Assembly: GCF_046119375.1 (NCBI RefSeq)
Contig: NW_027362763.1
Coordinates: 576,662,001-576,726,000 of the forward strand
Source: Phyllobates terribilis
Lineage: Eukaryota
Direction: 5' to 3'
DNA: 64,000 nucleotides
This document shows positions 36,960-48,424 of the stretch, one piece after another (position 1 is the stretch's first letter; every line of letters starts with the position of its first letter). The notes beneath the pieces are model-generated. The model did no database searches and was not told the origin of the DNA. It was given only the letters and a program-made list of their open reading frames with translations. Made by a program: the position numbers and the translations under genes.

Positions 36960-38635
36960 AAATCCATCTATTTAAAACCGTGTTTTCTCCATCACACGGA
37001 TCACATATACGTTGTCAGAAAATACTGCCATTTCTGGCCTCCATTAAAAAATTTTTTCGGAGTGTCAGTGAAGCAATTGACACCAGATTGTTGTTCAAAA
37101 TAGTTACCTACAGGCCAGGTATTTAAAACTGTGTTTTCTCTGTCACACGGCTCACATATATGTTGTCAGAAAATACTGCCATTTCTGGCCTCCATTAAAA
37201 AAAAATTTCAGTGTGTCAGCAAAGTTTTTGACACTGGTTTGCTGTTCAAAACAGATACCTACAGGCCAGGTATGTAAAACTGTGTTTTCTCCGTCACACG
37301 GCTCACATATACGTTGTCAGAAAATACTGCCATTTCTGGTCTCCATTAAAAAAAATTTCAGTGTGTCAGCAACATTTTTGACACTGGTTTGCTGTTCAAA
37401 CAGTTACCTACAGGCCAGGTATTTAAAACCGTGTTTTCTCCGTCACACGGATTACATATACGTTTTTAGAAAATACTGCCATTTCTGGCCTCCATTAAAA
37501 AAAAATTTCAGTGTGTCAGTGACTCGCCCCCTGGGCCGTGGGGCACTCGGAACCGGGCTTCAGGGCAATGCTGGGAGTAGTAGTGGCGACCCGGTTCCGT
37601 GGCTCAGGGTGGTCAGACCAGTGGTAGTCTGCTATGTGCTGTAGGTAATGTCCGACTACGCCACCCGTGGAATGCGGTCAGGGCTAACCGCCGCTGCAGT
37701 GCAGACCACTGGGGCTGATATAAAGGTGCAGCACTGAATAGTTTCACTCCCCACGGGAGGAGTATGGCCCCAGGGCAGTATATATAATGGATGATGGTGG
37801 GGATGATTCCGACCGCGATAGCCAGGAAACGGAGGCCTCTTAAACAGTTCAGGGTCTTTATTAGAACAGGTAATATGACCCAGAAACAGGCCCGGCTAGG
37901 AGGGGGCCTGGATGTCTGAGAACAAGTGGGAAGCTGGCCCTGGTCAGGGTGAGGGTGTAGGCCTACCATGCTCTCTGTGCTCCTTCTGGCTATTTCCCTC
38001 CTTGTAGTGTAACAGCCCACGTTCCTGAGCTCACCGTGTCCTCTCGCCCGTATGGCTTGCAACTTGGGTCCCTTTCTACTCCCGGCCTGGTACGGTTTTG
38101 CGGGTCCCTTCTGCTGTGGCGGAGCCTCCGGGCTTCTTAGGTCAAGGAACATACAGTCCCCTGTGGACTGGTTATCTGCTGTAGGACCTGGAATCCTCCC
38201 AGCCTCAGACACCAAAGTCTGGTAGATTAGTTTCTTTATCTGCCAGGACAGGCTCACTTCGCCTTTGTCCCTGGCTCGTGGCTCTCCTACTGCCACACGT
38301 CCTCTTAGGCTGCAACACAACTGTCTGTCCCTGCTCTGGGACACCTCTCAATCCAGAGACAGGTTGTCCAGTTCTCTCTAACCCTGCCCCCAGTTCCAGC
38401 TTTTATAGGGGCAGCCTGCTCCCCCTACTGGCCTGGGACAGGAGGTATTGCATGCTAATGGTCCTTGACTAGAGAACCTCCCCCTTGCTCTCAGACACAG
38501 CTTTATTATATTTGTGGCATCCAGGCCAGGGTGACACATCAGCAAAGTTTTTGACACTGGTTTGCTGTTCAAAATAGTTACCTACAGGCCAGGTATTTAA
38601 AACTCTGGTTTCTCCGTCACACGGATCACATACTG
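36960..38635 (+). repeat. ~150-bp tandem subterminal repeats of the hAT, interrupted by an LTR
   Basis: AAATACTGCCATTTCTGG recurs at 37020, 37171, 37322 and 37471; the array resumes after 38539. Confidence 0.85.
37520..38538 (-). mobile_element. Solo LTR (Gypsy family related to the CSD-element LTRs)
   Basis: TG..CA termini; TSD TCAG on both sides. Confidence 0.9.
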
Positions 38636-38689
38636 TATAAAGTCGCTCCAAGCTCAGATATTTGTAGTGAGCGTGGAAGATACTGTCCT

Positions 38690-41600
38690 CCATTCAAAAT
38701 GGGTAGGCACGTGGCAAGGGACGGGGAACTGGACGTGATGGTAATGGTGCATGCAGAGGCCAAGGACAAGGCCGTGGGCAAGAAGAAATTGTGCCACAAC
38801 AAACACCCACGTCTTCTCGCCTGACCTTCCTGTCCCAATTTCTAGGGGACCGCAGCACACCACTATTTAACCCAGAACAGTATCAAAAGGTTGTTGGTTG
38901 GATAGCGGGTAATGTTTCCAGTCACTTAGCCACCACCACCACCACCCTGTCTTCCACACGGTCAAGTCTCAATAGCCATGAGTCTGGACCGCATATTCCT
39001 CACCCTAATCCTCCTTCCTCCCACCATGCCGAGTACCCAGAGACAACTGATCTCACACTTGGACACTCTGAAGAGCTGTTCACTTTTCCATTTATAGATT
39101 AGGGCCTCTCGCCCAGTCCACTTGAAGCGGGGCAAGAGGAGATCGCGTGTAGCGATGCCTAAATATTTGAGCAGCCACGGTCACACAAAGGCGACTGTGG
39201 GAAAGTGTCACAAGAGGTGGATGATGATGAGACACAATTGCCAGAAAGTCAGGAGGAGGACCAGGGTGCAGAAGTGGAAGACGAGGTGGTGGATGATATA
39301 GTAACTGACCCAACCTGGCAGGAGGACAGCAGCACACAGGGGGAGGGAGAGCACCCCAACAGGCAGGAAGAAGCAGTGTGGTGACCGCAGACAGAAGGCA
39401 GGCAACTGTTCCCCTTAACACCAACACGAAGGAAGTTGCCAGTACATCTGGTAGGTCTTCCCGAGTCTGGTTGTTTTTTAAAGACTCTGCCGATAACCCC
39501 AAAAAGGCCATTTGCACCACCTGCCAGGCCAGCATCAGCAGGGGTGGCAAAACGAGCAGCCTGACCACCACCAGCATGATCAGGCACATAGCAGCAAAGC
39601 ACCCGACTTTGTGGGCCGAACCCCAGGGTCCAGGAACAGTGTCTGCGAGTGGCACCACTGCTTCTTACGCTGTTGTGCATGCAAGCCAATCCCCTGTCCA
39701 TGGTACATGCAAAGACACCTCCTGCCCTGCACCTGTCGTTGCACTCTCTCAAGTAGCAGCATCAGGAAGAACGTCTATGTCCTTGTCCCAGCGCAGCATT
39801 CAGTTGTCCATACCCCAGTCCTTGGAACGCAAGCGCAAATATGCAGCCAACGCCCCACAGGCCACACTACTAAATTCTCACATTTCACGACTGCTTGCGC
39901 TCGAAATGTTGCCTTTTAGGCTCGTGGAGACGGAAGCATTCCGCAACCTGATGGCAGCAGCCGTCCATCGGTACTCGGTCCCCAGCCGCCACTATTTCTC
40001 CCGGTGTGCCGTCCCCGCATTACACAAGCATGTGTCCCAAAACATTAGCCGTGCTCTCAACAATGCAGTTACTGGTAAAGTCCTCCTAACCACGGACACA
40101 TGGACAAGTGCTTGTGGGCAGGGACGGTACATCTTGCTGACAGCACACTGGGTTAACATAGTGAAAGCCGGGACCCAGTCGGATGCCAGTCCCGACGCCA
40201 AGGATTGCGGGCCCTAGGTCAATTAGGGTTGCCCCCACGGTCTACAGTTCCTGCACTTCATCCTCCTCAGCCTCCTCCTCCTCTTCAGCCTCCATCTCCG
40301 AAATGACCACATCAGTCACAAGCTGGAAGCACTGCAGCATTGCCTTGGCCAAGCGGCAAGAGGCTGTGCTGAAACTAATATGCTTAGGTGAAAAACCGCA
40401 CAATGCTGAAGAGTTGTGGAGAGCTCTGAAAGAGCAGGCAGATCTGTGGCTCACACCGCTGAACCTACAGCCAGGCATGGTCGTGTGTAACAATGGCCGG
40501 AACCTTGTTGCGGCTCTGAGGCGAGGCGAGCTCACACACATACCATGCCTGGCCAATGTGCTTGACCTCGTGGTTCAGTGGTTTCTCAAATCCTACCCGG
40601 AGCTGCCGGATCTGCTTGTTAAAGTACGCCACCTGTGTGCCCATTTTAGAAAGTCAGCTACAGCTTCCTCCATCCTTACAGTGTTTCAGCAGCGCTTGCA
40701 GATTCCGGCTCAGAGACTGGTGTGTGATGTCCCCAAGCGTTGGAACTCTACACTGCAGATGTTGGGAAGGATTTGTGAGCAGAAAAGGGCAGTTGTTGAG
40801 TACCAACATCAACAAGGTCGTCAGTATTCAGTTGATATTCCACACATAAGACCTCAGGAGTGGACATGGATGTCAGACATATGTACCATCCTCCAAAACT
40901 TTGAGGACTCCACCAGGCTGGTGAGCAGTGATAACGCCATAATTAGCGTCACCATCCCGCTTCTCTGTCTTCTGAAATGCTCACTGCTCATAATCAAAGA
41001 GGATGCATTGCAGGCGGAGTACAATGAGATGGAGCAAGGAACCATACAGGGTGATTACACACAGCCAAGCCTCATCTCATCCCAACATGGATTGGGTGAC
41101 AATGAGGAAGAGGAGGAAGGACAGGAGCTAGTTTCATGCACTATAGACGGTACTACCTGCACAGCTGTCATATCGTCTGTTCAGCGTGGATGGCCAGAGG
41201 ACAGAGAGGAGGAGGAGGAGAGCATGGTCAGTCATCCTCTTGGTGAGGACACGGAAGTCTTGCCTGTTAGCAGTCTGGCACACATGGCTGAGTTTATGTT
41301 ACGCTGCCTTTCCCATGACCCTCGGGTTCTCAAAATTTTGGTGACAGTCATTACTGGTTGGTGACACTTCTAGACCCACACTTACAAGGAGAACTTTCTA
41401 TCTCTTATTCCTGAGGCAGACAGGTCTACAAAAATGGGGCAGTACCAGAAGGCCCTTGTTGCGGAACTATTCTCATCTGAAAACACTGGTGGCAGAGGGC
41501 ACACTTTGTTGTACAACCAAGGAGTACAGGCGAGAGAGACACAACTTCAATCCAGCAGAGGCAGGGGAACACTGTCAAAGTTCTGGGAGAGTTTTCTCAG

Positions 41601-41967
41601 ACCCTCCCATCGCACAGGCCCTCAGGCGCGGGGTACTCTCATAAGGAGTGCAAAGTTTGGGAAGATGCAGAGGGAGTACCTTGCCGACCGTACCAACGTC
41701 CTCCGTGATTCCTCTGTGCCTTATAATTATTGGGTATCCAAGCTGGATACATGGAATGAACTGGCTCTCTATGCCTTGGAGGTCCTGGCCTGCCCTACTG
41801 CCAGCGTTTTATCAGAGCGGGTTTTTAATGCCGCTGGTGGAATTATAACTGATAAGCACATCCACCTGTCAACTAAAAATGATGACAGGCTGACTCTTAT
41901 AAAAATGAACAAGGGCTGGATTGGGCCAGACTTCTCAACACCACCGAATGATAGCAGCGTAACATAA
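38690..41967 (+). pseudogene. hAT transposase with BED finger, disrupted
   Basis: BED (VWLFFK..CTTC..RHIAAKH), LTTDTWTS, RWNST, dimerisation domain (LACPTASVLSERVFN); several frameshifts; CDNG changed to CNNG and CxxH to CxxN. Confidence 0.92.
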
Positions 41968-42259
41968 ACTCAAATCCAGTGTCTTTTCTTGGGAGGTGTA
42001 TTCCCATGCACCTTTTCACACCCACACATGGGTGTATGCTTCCTGATTTTGTCTCTTTGCTCTTTTCCTCCTCCTTCTCCTCATCCTCCACCACCATATC
42101 ACCAGGGTGACCGTGTTCCGTGATGCAACACCCACATAATTTTTTTAAAGGGTGTTTATGATGCCTGTGAAAAAAATTTTTTAGACAGTATGTTCATGTA
42201 TACCCCCAGTGGTAAATGTTTGCAAGCCCATACACTTAGTGTATGGGCATTACAAGTAT

Positions 42260-42950
42260 AGGAGGCCCACTCCTTTCTAATGGGAACATTTTTTTATGAG
42301 GCCCTCCTTCATGTCTCTTCCAAGGGGGTGCCTCCAAATTTTTGGCAGCCCTTGCATTCACTGCATAGGACAACACTATGGGAGACGCTCTCCTTTCTAA
42401 TGGGAATTTGTCATTACTGTGGCCCTGCTCTGTGTGTCTTTAAATTCTTAGTGGGGTTTTTCCTAAAATTGGTCAGCCATTGGACTCACTGCATAGCCTA
42501 TAACTGTATAGCAGACCCTCTCCTTTCTAATGGGAACATGTCGCACCTTGTTACTGTGGCCCGGCTCCGTGTGTCTTTAAATTCTTAGTGGGGTTTTTCC
42601 TAAAATTGGTCAGCCATTGGACTCACTGCATACCCTATAACTGTATAGCAGACCCTCTCCTTTCTAATGGGAACATTCGTACCTTGTTACTGTGGCCCTG
42701 CTCTTTGTGTCTTTAAATTCTTAGTGGGGTTTTTCCCAAATTTTGGCAGCCCTTGCAGTCACAGCATGGGCATTACCACTATAGGAGACCCGCTCCTTTA
42801 CAATGGGAACATTTTTTTTACTGAGACCCTCCTCTATGTCTCTTCAAAGGGGTATTGGGTTGCGTCCAAATTTTTGGCAGCCCTTGCAGTCACTGGATAC
42901 GCAATAACAGTATAGGAGACCCACTTGTTAATAATGGGAATAACAAATCA
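42260..42950 (+). repeat. ~120-137 bp tandem repeats in the hAT 3' region
   Basis: TCCTTTCTAATGGGA motif at 42271, 42391, 42521 and 42658, with a variant at 42794. Confidence 0.8.
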
Positions 42951-43819
42951 TAGCCGGCTGATGACTCTCTAATAATAGCTAGGGCCGACTGCTGGCCTTT
43001 TAAGAATAGTAAGGGCCGTCTGATGTCCCTATAAAAATAGGCTTTATGACTTTCAGAGTCCCTCCATCATAAATAAAGCAGGATGTGTCTGATGATGTGT
43101 CACACAACACATTGCCAGATAAGGTTGTAAAATTTTAAAATGACATTTCCCGGTGAACGCATTTGTCTTAAAAACAAAACGTAAAAAAAAAAAAAACAAT
43201 AGGATCTTTCTTTAGTATAAAAAAAAGCGTCACCAATTTAACAACAATGTAATCACATTGTTCAGCTCATGCACCTCCTCCTCCATCTCCGAAATGACCA
43301 CATCAGTCACAAGCTAACAGCACTGCAGCACTGCCTTGGCCAAGCGGCAACAGACTGTGCTGAAGATAATATGCTTAATGCTTAATTGACAAACCGCCCA
43401 GCGGTGCAGAGTTGTTGAAAGCAGCCTGATCTGTGGCTCTCATCGCTGAATATACAGCTAGGCATGGTCGTGTGTGACAATGGGTGGAACCTGGTGACGG
43501 AGGAATGACAGCCGGCGTAGATATGGTTTCCCTCTATGCCAGTCCTTTCACCGAGCTAAAGAATATGGCTGTGGTGAAATACAACTCCCACTGAGAAGCT
43601 GTTTCAGATTGAAAAACATTGAGCCCACCAGAGGATTTGATTCTGAGGGCTAACCATTCTCCCCCGCTCAAGAGCACCATAGCAGCTGAAAAGTTAGCAC
43701 TATCATGAACTCTCCTGAGGTAGAAGCCAGGGGACTGTCCAACCCTGCTGAGAAGCAGTGCTGGCTAAGAAAAGTGTGTGGAAAGGTTCCCGGACACTCT
43801 TTGGCTGCTTTTTTACTGA

Positions 43820-43945
43820 GGAGGAGACACACATAAACACGGGAGAACATACAAAGTCCTTGCAGATGTTGTCCTTGCTGGGATTTGAACCCAGGATCCC
43901 AGCGCTTCAAGTCTTCAGTGCTAACCACTGATCCAATGTGCTGCC
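43820..43945 (-). mobile_element. tRNA-derived SINE 5' part
   Basis: GGCAGCACATTGGATCAGTGGTTAGC (A box) ... GGTTCAAATCCC (B box), followed by a non-tRNA body. Confidence 0.75.
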
Positions 43946-44400
43946 GTTCATCCTCTAATATCTAACAGGCTGGAGAAACTTGCACCTGCTGCCACTCTAT
44001 CTTCAGCTCCTTTGTGAGAAACTAATGTATTTGGGCAGCCACTCAGTCTACCAAATAAAATTCCTGAGAAGGAAATTGGGGATGGCTTCACTACTGGTAC
44101 TGGGGGCAGTGCTAATACCATGGTGTCGTACCATAGTTTGCTGGAAATATTCCAGGCTGGTAGGAGGCAAGCAAATTCCCACAGAAAAGTACCAGCAGTA
44201 ATGTTCAGGCCACATTTCAAGTGCAAGAAGCTTTCGAGGACTTCCTGGGAGAAATTAAATGCAGGGTAGATACGGTTTCCCTCTATGCCAGTCCTTTCAC
44301 CGAGCTAAATACAACTCTCAGCCAAAAAAGTTGTGGACTGGCTCCGTACCGTCCCTGGCCACATTCACCTGTCAACGTATTTGTGGTTAGGCGATCCTTC

Positions 44401-46352
44401 AGATTACAGAAATAGAATAACTTCATAGGTATATAAAAATATCTCACATCAAAAAAAACGTAAAAAATAACCTTTACTAGATATCCTTAAAATATTGCCT
44501 TAAGGCACACAACACATAATTAATGACATAGAAATAGACATAAAATTAATGAGAAGTTGATCAAATGCTGTCAGCACAAATGGATACAAAAGCAAGAAGC
44601 TATAGGCTATAACGTCTAACAAGACAGCATGTAATCCAGACAGACCCAGAGATTAGAAGTCTCCCACAAACGCCTATACTCAAATGACAGTCATAGATCC
44701 CAATAGCAAGATTAACCACTAGGAGTACAACTAATAAATATTACTCATTTATTATAATTCAAATAAATCCCGGTAAAGGAGACATTAGTACACTATAGGA
44801 TAATTCATAAATCATCTCATTCATCTCAGCATATCCCCTAATGATATTATGTGGATATGTTTAATAATTTGCTGCATTTAGCAGTATTGTCACCAGGCGG
44901 TAATAGTACTCCAGAAAGACAAACTAATATATAGATAAATACTTCCCCAAGCTGGGATATAGCAGCAGGTTCCCTTGCAACAACGAGGTTCAAATTGTAC
45001 GAAGCATGTACTGATAAGGCAATACTTCTACCAAACTTTTCAGATATTTCAGATAAAGTGCATATAGAGTTAAGGTGCATAGATGGTTACTCATCTTAAT
45101 ATGCAGGGATCCTGCCTTCCCAGTATAGTGTGGGGGTTCCACATTCCTCGACGCGTTTCCCCATATAGATCAAGGTTCATCAGGAGAAAAAGTGGGATGA
45201 AAAGATAATAAGGTATCCTGCTGATGATTTGCTGTATATCCCATGCTGCCACGAGCCCTCTTTATATACCCCATCAGATTTAATTAATCAACACCTCCTT
45301 CCTTAATCTGGAGGAAAAACCTCCATTGATACCATCAGGAGGAATTGCCCCCTCCCTGTGCAGCAACGCATGTTCAGTATGCCCACATCCACTAGAGGCT
45401 TGAGAAGCACACCGCGCATGCGCGAGTCCCGGTCCGAGAATAGAGAAAAGGGGAAGCCACCGCGCCAGGCTGATATCAGGTGCGCAGTCAGCGAAATCTA
45501 ATGAGTGGACAGCGGTTAGTATCCGAGTCCAATCCATAGCAGAGTGATGACTCTGTGAAACAGAGTCACCTAGCAAAATCAGGGTATGTGTCCCTTAATG
45601 GTGTCAATTCACTAAGGCCAATAGTGTGAATATGTATCAGGGATCACAATCCACAATTAAAGATGATACATAAGTATTGTAATCCAGGATACATATAGAT
45701 AAAACCTTAAATGACAAAAACTGCACACATGGAATAAAATCAATCCCTAAAGGAGGGATGCTATTTACATCATTGTCTGCACACTTTTTATCACAGTATA
45801 GGACAAGGAATGGATTTTGCAGGGAGGAAGGAGGAGGGGGGAGGGGAGGGGCAGGAGGGAAGGGGTTTAAGAGGAGACAGACATAGAGCACTCAGTGTTA
45901 ACGATACATTTGATACCAAAATGATATAAAAAAACTTATATATGATAGTTACAGAAAATTAATAAATAACCACGCAGGCTGATCATAGAGGTCCCTATTA
46001 ATTAGATGAAACAGCAATAATTTTGTTATTCGTTGAGACCATTCGGAGTCAAGGCACATAATCTAAAAATCCACTGACATTCCTTTTGGAATAAAAGCTT
46101 ATCCAAGTCACCCCCCTCTCATTTTTCCAGACCACCTCTAGTACACAGTATGAAACTGTGTTCGGGTTATCGGAATGATAATCCCTAATGTGCCGTGCGA
46201 GAGGGGTATCCCTTTTGTGTTGCACATCCCCAAGATGTTCTCCAATTCTTCTCCGCAGTTCCCTTTTGGTCTTACCGATGTAATTCTTGGGGCAGGGGCA
46301 GGTTGCCATATAAATTACTCCTTCTGTCTTGCAATTTGCAAAATCCCTCAAT
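44401..46352 (-). mobile_element. 5'-truncated Penelope-like element (GIY-YIG plus 3' UTR)
   Basis: GVIYMATCPCPKNYIGKTKRELRRRIGEH; 13-bp TSD TAGGCG(A/G)TCCTTC at 44388-44400 and 46352-46364. Confidence 0.85.
45140..45190 (-). ncRNA. Minimal hammerhead ribozyme (type I) in the Penelope UTR
   Basis: TTTTCTC-CTGATGA-A-helix II-GAAA-CGCG-TC-GAGGAA; palindromic helix III ACGCGT; GUC cleavage triplet. Confidence 0.72.
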
Positions 46353-46547
46353 AGGCGGTCCTTCCCAGTAAGTGCACTGGGGAGGGCACGGGTAATGTTG
46401 TGGGACCCGTGCTTGAAGAAGGCGGAGACGATACCGGGAAATATAGTGGCGGCTGGGGACCAAGTATGGACACCCAGCTGCCGCCGGCATGAGGCTGTGA
46501 AAAGCTTCCGCCTCCACGAGCCTAAAAGGCCACATTTCAAGGACAAG

Positions 46548-47568
46548 TGACTCACCCCCTGGGCCGTGGGGCACTCGGAGCCGGGCTTCAGGGCAATGCT
46601 GGGAGTAGTAGTGGCGACCCAGTCCCGTGGCTCAGGGTGGTCAGACCATATGCGGAGGCAGTGTATTTGTAGGTTTTGAAAGTCCGACTATGCCACCCGT
46701 GGATTACGGTCAGGGAGGACCGCCGCTGCAAGGCAGACCACTGAGGCTGGTGTTGGGGATGCAGCAGGGAATAGTACAACTCCCCACGGGAGGAGTGTAG
46801 CCTCAGGGCAGTGTAATAGGATGTTGGGGGTGATGATGCAGGTGCCGCAGTAATCACACAGAGTCCAATAATGCAGTCCAGGGTCTTTTACTGCAGATCT
46901 TATCACAGACCCACCAGGAGTACAGGGTAGGAATAGGCCTGGGTGTCTGAGGGCATTCGGGAGAGCTCCACTGGCCAGGGTGAGTGGGTAGGCCTACCGT
47001 TCTCTCTCTGCCCTTGCTGACTATTTCCCCCTTTAGTGGTATGATAGCCCACGTCCCTGAGCATGCCGTGTACTACGCCTGTATGGCTTGCGACTCGGGC
47101 CTTAGGTACCTGTAGCTTCTCCGTGCTGTACCGGTCCCTCTGTGTGGCGGAGCCTCCAGGCTCCTTAGGCCAAGGGACCTGAAATCCCTTGCTGGTTGGT
47201 TATCTGCAGCCGGGCTTGCAACTCTGACAGCCTCGGACCCCAGTGTCCGGTTGTGTAGTTCTCTCTCTTTCAACCAGGACCGGCTCTCGTCGCCTCTGTC
47301 CCTGGCTTTCTGTTCCTCCTTTGCCTCCTGGACTCCTCAGCTGCGGCTGAACTGTCCCTCTCTTCTGGGAACCCTTCTGGATGCTTCAGAAGTGGGTCCT
47401 GGTCTCTCTAACCCTGCCCTCAGTACCAGTTTTTATAGGGGCAGCCTGCTCCCCCTGCTAGCCTGGGACAGGAGGTGCTGCATGCTAATGGTCCATGACC
47501 AGAGAACCTCCCTCCTGCTCTCAGACACAGCCTTACAAGTTTGTGGCATCCAGGCCTGGGGTGACACA
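46548..47568 (-). mobile_element. Solo LTR (same family as 37520-38538)
   Basis: TG..CA termini; TSD CAAG. Confidence 0.9.
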
Positions 47569-48424
47569 CAAGCAGCTGTCAAAAATTTGGCAGTATAGTA
47601 TTGGAGCCTGTGGGTGGGTGGGTGGCTGGCTGCATAGTTGTGCTTGCATTCCAAGGAATGGGGTAGGGACAACTGAACGCTGCAGTGGGACAAGGTCGTG
47701 GACGGTGATTGTTGCAAGTCTGCAACGACAGGTTCATGGCGGGAGGCATTGTTGCATGCGCCAAGGATCACTTATGATAGGCACACTTTTAGGCAGTGAT
47801 CTGGGAGTCAGAGATGCTTCCAGAGGTCTTCCCCATGCGGTTCCCATGTCTTTTCAGCACTCTATGCATGTGTCTGATGATGTGTCACACACCACATGGC
47901 CAGATAAGGTTGTAAAATGTTAAAATGAAATTTCCTGGTGAATGCATTTGTCTTGGTTGAAAGCAATGCAAAAGTGCAAAAACGCATCAAAAACGCTACG
48001 TGTGAACATAGCCCAAGGTGTGGAGGAGTATTTTTGTTTTTGGATATTTATTTTGCTTTATATATATTGTACATGTCATGGAAAGGATGTTCCTTAACAT
48101 ATTTCCCCAGAAAATCCATTTTGGTTTCGTAATACCTCTGACAATGTTGTTGACAAAAGTGACCTGGGAGTCAGAAATGCTTCCAGGGGTCTTCCCCATG
48201 CTGTCCCCATGTCATTTGAGCACTGTTCCCATTGATTTGGGCAATTTTTATGCTCTCTGCAGACCGCAGGGGGGAGCCGCCTGAAAAATGCTCGAGTTTC
48301 CCATAGACTTACATTGGGCTCATTGCTCGGGTTGAGCACCTGAGTATTCCAATTTGCTCGACCCGAGCAATGAGCACCTGAGCATTTTAGTGCTCGCTCA
48401 TCACTAGTGCCAGCGCATGTTAAG

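Larger units (their letters stand above)
44330..47780 (-). pseudogene. Second, inverted hAT transposase fragment, split by two insertions
   Basis: Reverse complement matches 39780-40130 (LEMxPFRLVE, VPSRHY, TGK|xxLTTxTxT..GQGRY). Confidence 0.75.
36298..48406 (+). mobile_element. hAT DNA transposon, 12.1 kb including nested insertions
   Basis: TIR TAGTGATGAGCGA at both ends; 8-bp TSD GTGCCAGC (36290-97, 48407-14); internal transposase remnants. Confidence 0.9.

Noticed and set aside
38690-41967. Domesticated ZBED gene
   Set aside because: Multiple frameshifts, mutated catalytic motifs, and still enclosed by TIRs and a TSD
43820-43945. tRNA gene
   Set aside because: A and B boxes are present but it continues into a SINE body with no complete cloverleaf
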